Part shown: positions 22,005 to 33,591 of the stretch, piece after piece | How the letters are laid out: every line of letters begins with the position of its first letter | Position numbering within the stretch: the stretch's first letter is position 1 | Assembly (NCBI GenBank): GCA_029717555.1 | Contig: JAMDHS010000034.1 | Location: 186,001 to 220,242, forward strand | Length of the DNA: 34,242 bases | DNA from: Peribolospora baueri | Taxonomy: Eukaryota | Reading direction: 5' to 3' | Position numbers and translations under genes: made by a program | The notes under the pieces: generated by a model | Seen by the model: only the letters and a program-made list of their open reading frames with translations | Databases searched by the model: none | Told to the model about the DNA's origin: nothing

Positions 22005-24433
22005 TCAAGCAGACTCGCCCGGCGTCGTACCTCCACTTGCTCCACTTGCACCCTCTGGCGGGGTCCCTCTGGCTCCACCTTTCCCCCGGGCCCGCCCCCT
22101 ACCTTCGCCCCTACCGCGCCCCCTGAACTCGCCCCTACCCCTGCCCCTCCCACGCGATCCTACCTGACCGTTCTGGCCTTCGCCGCCGGACTCCCTCCTC
22201 CAAGACCCTTCGCGGTCCGAAGAGCTTTGTCCAGCCTTATCGAAAAACCCTCCACGAGGGCGCCCACGTCCGCGACGTCCGCGATTAGCAATCACCTCAA
22301 AGCCCTCCTCATCGACCTCCGCTTCTGCCGGTCGTCCGCTCGCGCCAGGGTGACCGCCGCTCGCTTCTCCGTTCACATCTTGCTGCTGCTGATAACTGCC
22401 CCTTCCGCGTCCACGTCCGCGTCCACGTCCACGTCCCCGACCACGCGGCACTGCCGGTTCCGGGGGAGTCTGTGAAGGCAGCGCGTCTAGCACGGGGAGG
22501 ACCTCGGTGTTAGCCTCCTCGACCTCGGCGGCCCAGTCAAAGCTTGAAGTCGCTGCAGTCGCTGGCGCATCAACTACGCCAACGACCTGAAGAGAGATAA
22601 GGGCATAGATAAGACGAAGATAGCCTGAGTCAGTAGATGCTTATGCCAGAGCTCACGCACTACACTTCGCACAAGACTATTGAACGTACGTTTATGATCA
22701 CCTCCTTAGCCGCACTTTCCTCGGTCTTGTCAGGCAAGACATCCTCAACATCAGGAACGAAGTCCGGGTTCGTACCAAGCAGCTCCGGATCAGCGACGCC
22801 AGGTTCATTGACAGGAGTGGGTGCTGCAGTCGTCTCAAGGTCGGGCGGTACGGGCGCGTCTTCCACGCCACCTCCTTCGGGGTCGAGCAATTTGCCATGC
22901 TCGGGCACGTCGGGCTCCTTACCCACTTCGACGACCGGACTCGGCCCTTCACCATCATGGGAGCTCAAAATCTCGCTCTCTTGCATGAAAAGGATGCCTG
23001 GTCCGCCGGCGTTTGTGTTGGCGAGTCCGAGGTCAACGGCGCCACCAACGGAGGGCACAGCAACATCGGAATTGTTGACAGCAGACGTTCCCTCGCCATT
23101 GAAAGAAGCGACGTCCCCTGAAGCGGTCTCTTCATCGATCAGAGGATCAACCAAAAAAGACGTCTTTGAGTCTCCAGTGTGAAGCGGAGGCTCATGGGGA
23201 GGACAGGTGAGATGGTAGATGATATCCTTGATACGAGCATCTGAAGAGGGAGCAAAGCGTGATCTTGAGCTATATTTAAAGGGTCTGATAGGACAGATAG
23301 TGCCACACTCACAAGAAACGCCCTCGAGAATTTCGCCCTCATCGCCTCGCTCGAGCTTCTCCAGTTCTTCCTGCGCATCACCAGCACCTCCCATGAGGGG
23401 TCCATTCGCGAGCGTGTCAAACAGCTTTCCGGCAGCAGCAGCCTCTTGACCGCTTGCTTTGGCGACAGCCGGAGGCAAGCTGGGAGGCGCGAACGAGTGC
23501 ACCGCCGGTGAAGGGTGCAGGAGGGAGTAGAGGTGCAAGAATTGAAGAAGTAAAAGGAGGCGAGCGTCGCCTGCTTTCTGGGTTTTGGACACGGCAAAGA
23601 GGCACTCGGGGTCAGTATTAATAGAATTTAGAAAGGACACCAAACTCCACGCTCACCTCGCCAGCCTTTCTCGCACTGCCGAGCTTTTCCTGCACGGCCG
23701 CCTCTTCGGCCCGCTTTTCCGCGTCCCGGTGTTTGTTTTCCTCAATCTCGCCTACTTCAATAGCTCGGACCACCTCGTTCAGTTCCTTGATAGTAGCTTC
23801 GAGTGAGGGTTTGGTGGCAACGGTGCGCCTTTGATCTTCGTTCAGAGTGGACGGGTCCGCGGAGGAATATGACTCGATACGTTGCTTACGGGATGCGAAA
23901 GAGAAGGGCAAGAAAGTGAGATCAACAAACATTTTTTTCCAAGAAAACGACATGTCAACGACCCGGATCGTTTGTGGCCAAAAACCGTTTTGTTCTCTTC
24001 CACTCACCAGCTTCTTGGTCAATCCCTTCAACCTTTTCCCGATGATTTCAACGGCCACGCTCCTTTTCGCAACCGTAGTAGCCCCTTCCCCACCTTGCTT
24101 CTCCTTCCGTTCCACCGCCTCTACAGCGACCGGCGCCGCGTCCTTCTTCACCTCCCCGGTAAGCTCCCTACGGCTCACTTTGAGATCTCCGCTGACATTT
24201 TCAAGCGCTGGCGCGCTGCTCAGCAGAGTAGCCTCTTTGGGCCCGATGGCTTTTTCGTTCGACTCGGCGTTAGTATCAGAGGTGCCCGTGTTGGTGTTAG
24301 GAGTGGTAATGGGAGTCAGGCCGTCATCAGCCTTGACCGACACTTTCTTCTTCTTTTTGGACTTGGACTTGGACGACGTCAGTGGGGCGCCGGGGATGCG
24401 CGGCGTCGGCGGTTCAGAGGTCGGCTCAACCAT
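22005..24433 (-). CDS. Caprin-like RNA-granule protein (HR1-like coiled coil, FMQES motif, C-terminal RG/RGG)
   Basis: VEIIGKRLKGLTKKL|QRIESY..LNEDQRRTVATKPSLEATIKELNEV resembles Caprin HR1 (KKLRNLEKKK..LNQDQ). It is followed by a helical region, an acidic disordered linker with ILFMQESEI, then FDWAAE, DEEGFEVI and RG-rich tracts. Confidence 0.7.
22398..22448 (-). repeat. Imperfect hexamer repeat (GGACGT/GGACGC) encoding an RG dipeptide tract
   Basis: + strand ccgcgtccacgtccgcgtccacgtccacgtccccgaccacg translates on the minus strand as PRGRGRGRGRGRGRGRGS. Confidence 0.8.
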
Positions 24434-25045
24434 GGGCGTTGAACAGCGCGGGCGACGTCGCGGAGATCCTATCTCACAGATACAAGGATGGTTGGTGGGA
24501 CGGTGAAGGGCGAGGCGATGGTCGACGATGGAGTCTGGTCCGAGATGGATGAGATAGACGACAGGAAGAAGCGCGGCCCCCGCTTCCGTCATCGCCATGA
24601 TTGCCGCTTTCGCCCGTCTTTCCCCGGCACTGGCCCATGCGCAAGCTCGATCGATCGATCTCCATTTTGACACGCGGGGGCGGACAAAATCTTGTGAAGA
24701 TTTTACCTAATCGGTGACAGATTCGGTTGGCTGAAAGACCGCCAACAAGGCTTGAGTAAAAGGAATCTGAGTTCCTGGTGGACGAGGTGACGAGGAGCAT
24801 CCTCCGGTGCTGGCCTTGAATTTACGGTTTCACTTGGATCCCTAACGCTTTCTTCCATCCGACTTCTTGCAGCATATATTAAGCATAGAGGAGCAAGCAG
24901 AAAGGGAACAGAGAGAATGGGGTAACAAAAGGTTTGGGCACGTCGCATACGGCCTCAGGCCGCCTTCTCGAGATATGCACCAACATGCGAGGTAATCTAA
25001 TGTCGTCCCATTTCCGGAAGTATAATGGAGCGGCCATGATCGTCA

Positions 25046-28000
25046 TCACATCGACATGGAACGCAGACGCGAGCCCGTCAAGAGACGGCTCGGGGGCCGA
25101 CCCCTCGTATTGTCCGCCTCTCCGGCGAATAAGCTTTCTTCACCGGCGAGCGACGCGCGAGGATCAAACGGCTTCGGTGATTTGAAGGTGTACCCGACGA
25201 AGGCTAGCTGCTTCCGCATCTCAAGGAGGTGTTCGCCGTGTAACTTGTCCCGGAGCATCGGGTCACGAGGCTGATCAGCAGCAACCGGGTTCTCCGCCGC
25301 CCCGGGGGGAGCCAGAGGTTTGTCTTCGATGTCGTCTTCAAAGTGCTTCGTGTCAGCGGGATGGGAGAGCGCGGGCTGGAAGGGAGGGGTGTGGTTGTGG
25401 AGGTTGGAAAAGTCGAGACCGCGGAACCACGGATGGGACATGAGCTCCTCGACGCCGTCCGCCAAGCCGGACGGATTCGTCGTCCCTCCAGGACCTGCCT
25501 TGAATCCGGAGCGACGAGCAGACTGGAGGAGCGAGTTTGGTCTCGACACGGATGCCGTGGACGTCGAACCGAGCCTGTCCTCCTTCTCGCAAATGAGTCG
25601 CTCGATGAAGTCTTGTGCGTCTCGGCTCACGCGCGGCCTCTGTGGAAAACGGAGGGTCTGGCGCCAGTTGAGGATTTTCTGGCGCGTGAGGTGACGAGAT
25701 TTGGAGACGAAGGGAGGGTATCCGAAGAGCATCTCGAAGACGATCACTCCGAGCGACCACCTAATAGCGTACGACGGGCCCATCCACACCGACGTCGATC
25801 GATGTCAGCCAAATAGGGACGTAAAGGACGATAAAACGAAAAAAACTCACCAATCACAAGACTGATCATAGCCCATTCCGCGCAAAACATCCGGTGCCAT
25901 GTAGTTGTTTGTGCCTGCCCCACGAGAAGTAAGACATGACCATCGACGTCAGACCCGGTTCCAATGTCGTACCCGTCGGCTCCTTTCCAAGCTCAAGACA
26001 GTCAGGAAACTCACCTACAACGGAATAAGCCACCTTTTTTCTGTTCTTCTCCCTGAACGTCAGCACGTGGGTCACAGGAGTGCCATCCTCGTTTCGATCG
26101 CTCATGACCTGATCGAGCTCCTTCTGGTCAAGTCCGGCGCCGCGGACGGCGCGGCTGTCTGCACCTCTGGCAGCGCCGGGTCGACCTCTCCCGGCTCCCG
26201 CTGCCTTTGTAACTGGGTAGTCGTCGAGATCAATGCCATGCTTGTGTAGAAGGTGCTTACGTTGTTGGTCATAGTAGGCGCCGTCGTGCGCCCAATGGAA
26301 GGACTACAAATCGGGAAAGAGTCAGAAGCGCCTAGGGTCAGTGAGATGCCTTCCCCTCAACGAACGACAACAAATCAACTGTATGCTCGCCTGACACAGC
26401 CCAAAGTCTGCGAGCTTGATGTGTCCGTCACTGGTGAAGAGAAAGTTGTCAGGCTTGATGTCGCGGTGGATATAACCGAGCCCATGGGCCTCGTGGATGG
26501 AAAGGATCATTTCGGCGACGTAGAAACGCGCAAAGTCCTCTTCGAAGACGTCCCTGTCAATGAGGAGGTTGAGAAGGTCGCCGCCACCCATGAACTCCCT
26601 ATAGGCAAGAGCGGTTGAATGAGCACGAAAAGGAAGACCCAGTGGTTTCAGTGTACCCTCCACACAGTATAATCAGGCAGTAAGACAGACAAAGACCGAA
26701 GGAAGGACAGGCACCAACATGATGAGGTAGAGATGATCGACATCCTGGAAAGAATATTTGAGGTTTACGATCCATCGCACGCGACTGCTTGCGGCGGCGC
26801 TCGTCATCAGGTCCCTCTCCGCCCTCACGTGTCCCTCCTGACCCTTCCTTAGCATGTCTGCCTTGCGCAGCTGCTTCATCGCATAAAGTTGCCCTGTCCC
26901 CTTCTCCTTCACCAAGCTCACCACCCCGAACGCGCCGTGGCCGATGGTCTTGAGCCGCACGAACGCATTGGCGCTCACACGGGCGCGAACGTCGCGGAGG
27001 TAGTCGCTCTCGGCGGCCAACCAGGCCTCCCTGATCCGGCGCTTCTCCGCGTCGGGGATGCGGAGCGAGGCGAGCTCGGCTTCGAGGCCCGCTCGACGGG
27101 TGTCGCGATCGCGAGGCTTCTTGAGAAGGGCGTAGTAGACAGTCTCAAAGTAGATCTTGGCAGCCACGCACTTCTCCACCGTGGCAAGGCTGGGCACAAA
27201 GTCGGGTTGGTCCACAGAAGCCGCTGTAGCAACCAGCGCGGCCGCTTGCTCCTCATCGGAGACCTCGTCCAGCACGAGCATCGAGGTGGGTCGCCCACCA
27301 ATGGTGGAGATGCTCGCCAATGCGTTCACGGAGCCTGGAGTGGACGGCAGACCGTCGAAGGTCCTTCCGCCCACCTTTGCAACGACACACTCAGGGGACA
27401 GAGGTTGGTCCTTGATGACCGTCATCTCCGCAGTGTTAGTTTGCACCGAAGGCGGGATCACTGGCCTGCCCTGTGCGCTCACAGAAGGATCGAAGTCGAG
27501 ATTCAGAATTCCTCCCACGGGGCTCGCAGGCGGAAGTCCAGCCTTGAGAGCGGCGGGAATCTCCTGCTGGGGTGTGACGGCGGCGTTTTCCGCGGTTCCA
27601 TACGCCTCCTCGCCGATGCCTAAAAGGGGGTTGTGAGGCTGACCATCTGGATTCCGCGGGCTGGGGAGCTGCCAAGTGCCGTCCATGTTCTGCACGCCCT
27701 TGATGGTCGTCGCACCGCTCAAAGTGCTCCCAGAAGCGGCGCCGCCCCCGTTAACGACGTGCAGCTGACGCTTCTCCTCCTTGATAATGCTATTGTTGTG
27801 CATGTTAGTCTGAATCCGCGCTATAGCTTCCGCTTGTGCTCGCGCAGCGGCTAAGCGAGTTGCTTGCTTAATTGGAAGGGCCCACGCAGGATCTGAACGA
27901 GGGCGGTCCAGAAGGCTCGGTGTCAAGTCTGACTGAAATCGCGGGATGAGGAACGGCAGCACCTAGACGCTCTACTCACCGGCAACTTTGCCCACGCCAT

Positions 28001-29158
28001 CTCTGCTCCATCGCATGAGAATAGCCTCAGCCTGATCGGCATCGCTGGCGTGGACGGCGTGTATGAAGCCACGAGGGGCGGAGATTTGATCAATGCTGAT
28101 CCTCTTTTTCGCCGCCCTCTGCACTGGGGGGGGAGGACTAGCAGCCGCAGGTGTCAAGGGCTTAGGCGGAACAGCCGGTTGCGCGCACGACGGTAATGGT
28201 GTGGCAGCAGTGGAAGAGTAAGGTACAGAGAAGCCGTCGGCCGGAGGAGGGGCCATGGGAACGGGCGTCGCTCGAGATGCGGTAGCCTGCCAGAAGCCTG
28301 GCTTACCCCGAGCCGTGCCTCCTCCGTTGACAGCTGACGTAAAGCGTGAACCGGCAAGTCCACCGGGAGTTTGAGAGTTGACAAGAGAGAGCAAGTCGAA
28401 GAAACCCTTGTGCTGCAGAGCGGGAAAGCATCGGAGAGTCGGATAATGAGAACACAAGGGCCAATATAAACATCGATCGCGCGAAGAGGACGAAAAGACG
28501 TAGGACATGACAAGACTTCCCTCTGATGCATATCCCCTCATCCACTCACCATGAAAGCGCTTCCACCGCCAAACTTGCTGCCTCTCGTCGCGCCAAACCT
28601 GTTTTTGTTGCCAGCACCAGCTCCCCTTCCTTCCGGCGTGCCGTCATCATCCGGATTGGAGAAGGCGGTGGTGTTCGCGCGGCCTCCTCCCAACCTGCTT
28701 GTTGTCGCTGGTGGCGGTCGACTTCCCACTTGTTGCCGTTGCTCCTGCTGCGGGTGACGCAGAGGAGAAGAGGGAGCATGTTGCTGGCGGTGGTAAGGCC
28801 TCATGGCACCAGGAGGTAGACCTCCCCCTACCACCCTCATCGGGGTCGGCGTGAAAGCAGCGTAGGGGTGAGGGGCCTGTTGCGCTGCTGCCTGGTCCTC
28901 AATCTGTGTTGGTCGTTGCTCATATGCATTGCCGGGGCTCTCTGGCGGAGGGGTGACGTACCGAGGAAAGTATACTCTCTCAGCGAGGGGGTCGTACGCA
29001 TAAACGTCTTCAACAGGGTAGTAGGGTGGAAAGAGCGCCGCCTGAATGGGGAAGGAAGTGCCGCCGGAGACGCCGCCGGAGACGCTGCTGAAGGGTTGGG
29101 CCGCTGTAGCCGGGAGTGCTCGACCGCGCTGTGGGCGGGGCCCGCGCGGAGCTGCCAT
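25046..29158 (-). CDS. NDR/LATS-family AGC Ser/Thr kinase (Cbk1/COT-1-related paralog) with a long N-terminal extension carrying a CRIB-like motif
   Basis: Mob-binding NTR ([17 protein letters not shown]), [45 protein letters not shown], long activation-loop insert ending [26 protein letters not shown], and hydrophobic motif AFVGYTF. Confidence 0.9.
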
Positions 29159-29809
29159 GGAGTAAGGAGAGCGGCGAAGGATAAGACGGTCGCGTTAGAA
29201 GGAAAAGGAAGCCGTGCAGAGATTGTCGTCGTGGTCGTCGTCGTTGTCTGTCGTCAGTTGTTGTCGTCGTACTCGTCCTCGTCTCGGCGTTGTTCCCCAG
29301 CTCGGCCTCCATTAGGCTGGCCGAGTGCAGCCCTCGCCCGCTCAGGGGCCGCGGCCACGTGCGATCTCCACGTGGCGATCGCGCACGAACCACCGATCCC
29401 TCGCGACCTCCGGGCCGACATCGACCTAGACGTTCGCGCCGGAGTAAGATGGACCAAGCATTTCTCGGCTCAAGCAAAGCAGCAACTTGACAGTGACGCA
29501 GCAACGACCTAAAATAATGGGCGATGGACTGCGCCTTGGGGTACAGGAGCTTGTCCTTTCCACTAACCTCAGCGTCTGCCATTCGATCCAAGACCAGCTC
29601 TTGGCTGTCGTTCCGATCTCCAGCGGCAGGAAGTCTCCCATGCGCACTTGACAGTATTATTTCTTTTAAATATTGATAATTATACACGGCTCGGCTGAAA
29701 CAGGTTTGTCCTCCTCCCTCTTTCCTACGAATTTTTTTCAGAAACTAAAAACGCAGGAGAGGAGACTCGGAGAGAGTTCACGGCCATGCAGGACGCCGTC
29801 GAGGTCGAG

Positions 29810-30455
29810 CGCGAGGACAAGAGTGCCAAGGTCCGCGCCGTCATCTCCAGTAGCACTAAAGAGCCATGTCACGGCCTGGATCATTCAGAGCACTGGTGTC
29901 ATATACGACGTCAGCTTTTGTAACGACTGAGCACTTTGCTCAGTCAATTCCAGTGTGAATTCAAATTTGTGCACCGAGATTAGAACACGGTCGTCTATAC
30001 TCAGGATTGCTTTCGCGGACGTCAAAATACAGCTACGTAGTGATGCGACCTGCTCCGACGTGATTTCCCACCTTTCCAACGCCTTCCGCAATCCCGGGTA
30101 TCGCTATGACGCGTCAAATGGAAGGCTCAACGTCAACCTCGTCATAATGCGCGCTCAGACGCCTTCACTTCTTCCATTCTTATTGTTTCCCTCTAGCACC
30201 ACCTCTAGGCGCTGCATTTCCAAAGAAGCAACGCCGCCTTGTCTTCGGCCAAATGATAGTCGGCATACTCAGCGATGAGACCTTCCCTATCCTATAAGGG
30301 AAGATCAACACTGGTAAGACCTACCGAGGCGAAATCTTCGAGACTCAACACAAATAACCTTGAATGACGGATCGAGCTAGTCGTACCGCGATCATCCAAG
30401 AGTTGTTCAATTACAAGATGGGCAACAAGCACGTCGCTGCAGAAGCGCTCCGGAA
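29810..30455 (+). mobile_element. Decayed Ty3/gypsy pol fragment (RT thumb/connection-RNase H)
   Basis: Ordered degenerate motifs: AKVRAV, GSFRALVSY (~RSFLGLxSYYR), AFADVKIQL (~AFxxLKxxL), YDASNG (~TDAS), and YKMGNKHVAAEALR (~YxPGKxNxVADALSR). Many stops and frameshifts. Confidence 0.55.
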
Positions 30456-30639
30456 TAGGCATTCTTCTACCACCATCTCAAAGCAAGACACTCTGGACCC
30501 TGTACACATGTAGTTACCGCATACCTGGACGGGAACATCGGCCACAAGATGCCTTCAGCTCATCTCTCGCCGAAGAGATGGAATCTTTCTGCTCTCTATG
30601 GCAGCAGTCAAATTTGCCAGTCTCCCTGACTGACTGGCG

Positions 30640-31602
30640 TGAAGCGATTCACTTTCTCCTCCATGGTTACGCTCAACTCTCTCCTCTTCTCCACAAATGC
30701 AGCCAAGTACACAACAGGGCCGGATGAAATACCGGCTTTCCTTCTTCAAGCGGCCTGGCCTGTCAAAAAAAGATCCCTTATTCAGCTCGCCAGAGCGTCC
30801 TTCACCCTTGGTCACTACCCGCGGCTCTTCAACCTACACGTGCGTTCTTCGCAAGCCCGGCTAGACCGATTGCACGATCCCCAAGGCATACCGCCCCATC
30901 GCTCTATTTTCTATTGCCGCCTCAAGGCAAGGTCCTCGAGTCGATTATGGCAGGACGGCTTTCTTACATCGCTGAGGCCGGGCTAGGGCTGCCCAATACC
31001 AACTTTGGAGGTCGTCCTCCGCGCTCCACCTCCGACGCGCACATACCTCATTGAGACGATCCGTAAGCCTGGCGACATGAGGAAAACCGTGCGGCACTGT
31101 TCTGTAACGTCACGGGCGCCTTCGACAACGTCAATCTTGGGCGGCTGGGTTACAGCCTGCGCAGGAGAGGATTGAACGACTTATGTCAGGTGGACTCGGA
31201 GCTGCCTCTCGGAGTGCACTACATCGATCCGGATGGGCACCTATACCCATCCGACGGCGTCGATCGAGGTTGGAATACCTCAAGGATATCCGCTCTCCCC
31301 TACCCTCTTGCTCTTCTACAACGCGGATATGATAGGGCTCAAGACGACGCACGCAGGGTCGATTGATTACGTTGACGACGTCGCGCTTCACGCACGAGGC
31401 CCGTCAGCGGCAGCAGCGACATACCGCCTTGAGCGCTTCGCGCGCGGGGCCGAGGATTGGGGCTGAGAGACATGAAGCGCGCTTTGATCCGTCCAAATCC
31501 CAGCTCGTCGTCTTGGTACCTCCTGGGTCGAGTAGGCACGCCGACAGGCTTTCAACGCTTAGGATGCGGATTCGGAGATGACCGGTAGTCCCTCGGAAAT
31601 CA
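30640..31602 (+). mobile_element. Non-LTR (Tad1-like LINE) ORF2 reverse transcriptase pseudogene, 5' part
   Basis: GPDEIPAFLLQAAWP, LGHYP, VLRKPG*, PKAYRPIAL, GKVLESIMAGRLSYIAE, FGGRP, GAFDNV, VGIPQGYPLSPTLLLFYNAD, YVDD (31368-31379), ARFDPSKSQL, VVPRKS. Several frameshifts. Confidence 0.88.
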
Positions 31603-33591
31603 AACACATTCCGTCGACTCGCTTTTTCGAAACAGTACATGTATCGTCTCTGGTTCGTGGGACAAGACCCTTCGAACGTGGGCTGCACCCTGTGGTAGTG
31701 CTCTCGAAGGCAACTATAAGAATTAGTTCGACGGTGATATCATAATTGTAACAATTTATTATAAACTTTCCCGGCCAATTCTATACACCAATCTTGCGCC
31801 TCCACCAAGGGAACCTCGCAGACGACTGCTTCTAGCTTCACCCCTGACACGCTCCGATGATTTTGATGAAGGTGGTTGTGACACCGCCCAGCTCAAGCAC
31901 ATTAGGGTCCCTTGGTGTCCTGGATTTACTTGGATCTCGTACATATGTACTCGCACCTTGTGCAGAACTTCATGGATGCACGTCCTAACCAGAAGCAGTC
32001 TGCCAAGAACTGGCTAGATCAGCAGAAACAGAACCCGTCTAGGCCGATCGGTGCCCGAAGTGGTGGCCCTCAGGGGTCGCTTATCAACCGCCCTAGCGAC
32101 CCTTGGCGGCTCGACCGGCAGCTCGCTTCGTACGAGGAACCGTTTCAAAAGGTCATTGTAAATTTCCAAGTGGCTGTCAGCATGGAGGGTGCTGCTGCCG
32201 CCCAGGAGGGTGCCTCCGGAATATCCGAGCATCGACGCGAGCACCAAGAGAAGGGTTCGTGTATTCTGTCTGCGCATGGCACAGTCTCCATGAGAACTTA
32301 CTTAGTTCCTAACAAAATCAAATAACGAGGAATTGGCTGAGTGAGTGGAGGCTCGGGAAGGGTATACCGGACGAGGGCGCCGGCTTTCCTTCTCTTCCTT
32401 CATCGCGCCCAAGTCGCCTCTAGCGGGAACGAGTATGGGAGGTCTCTCGGCTGCTGGCTGCTCGTCGGTCAAGACGCGTAATCGAACTCTTTGAAGCCTT
32501 CGGAGACGGTGCCGGTCTCTTTGAACACGACCTATCTCGGCACCCAACGCGCTGGCCGTGTGGGACAACTTAACAAAAGAGCGATGCTCAACCCTCCACC
32601 GCTTTTCAAAGGGATCATGAACGGACAGATTGAACGGAGTTGGATCTTGCGACGTATGAGACTCGGAATGCCGCTTTCCTCCGAATTAATTCCGAAAACC
32701 CACTTCTCCAATGTCCTCTTATTTCTACTCCATTGTTTGCCGCCCGCGGCCCACTATCTTTCGCATTCCCTATTGTGCGCACGCCTCTCCGGTTGGCCCT
32801 CGTGGTTTCCCAGCATGTATATTTATGGCCGTTTGACCCTTCTCGACGATGGGAAAAACCAGATCTCACCTCGCGAAAGCGTCAGGCACGGGAATTTGGG
32901 TGGCCGCAGCCGAACCCGAGCCGGACGTGTTGCCTGTACTCTGATCGTAAATGCCCGAGTGGATGGTTTTGGATGGATATTAACGATTTGTTGCTAGAGA
33001 ACAACTAGTTCGTTACACCAGATCGCGATACTAGAACCGAGAAAGGAGCGGAGCCGCAGCATATCATAGTCATAACACCGCTCGCTATCGGCGGGTCCCG
33101 TCGCTATCAATACCAGCATCATCTACCCCTCGTCCCCGCTCAGCAGAGCCCGGCTTGACTGTGGTCGGCCTGTCTACGGTGGTTACGTCCAAAAGCACTG
33201 GTGGCAAACAAGGAAGCTGTCTCACCATACCGTACCGACGGCCTCTTGACCCGTACGGGACGTTTGAAGAAAAGATCCGGCGTCCGCCGAAAATTGGCCG
33301 CTTGCCGGTCGCTGGCACGAGCGGCGCCCTCCTTCCCTGCGCCCCCAACCGCGTGGAGACTCCAACACAGCCAGCGTGGTCATCTCGCAGTCCAGGTTGG
33401 AATCGCCACTCCGTCCTGATTCGCCAATCGGTCATTGCCCCGCTTAATATTCTCAAGGCAAGTATCTGTCTCAACAGTCTTGGTGACACGCCAGCATCGG
33501 TACAACGAATCTTCGATACTATTCGTTCATGGTTCTGAATCTAGCCGCTTTTGCACTGCGACCAAGCAGTCGTACAGAATCAGACGGGTCA
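31603..33591. mobile_element. ~2 kb insertion nested in the LINE RT; possibly a decayed TIR DNA transposon
   Basis: The LINE reading frame stops at ..VVPRKS (31602) and resumes at LHYLGF (33592). Imperfect inverted repeats lie at 31608-31639 and 33552-33580, and TCA occurs at both junctions. Confidence 0.45.

Noticed and set aside
24434..24673. In-frame upstream extension of the Caprin-like ORF
   Set aside because: Looks like promoter/5'UTR with no protein-like features; the ATG at 24433 is more plausible, although the upstream ATG cannot be excluded.
26889..27636. Long + strand ORFs opposite the kinase
   Set aside because: Antisense shadows typical of GC-rich coding DNA.
28868..29687. ORFs of over 200 aa around the kinase start
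   Set aside because: Low-complexity UTR/antisense frames with no motifs.
32780..32825. Minus-strand IYMLGNHEG resembling a metallophosphoesterase GNHE motif
   Set aside because: Isolated, flanked by stops, and no other family motifs nearby.
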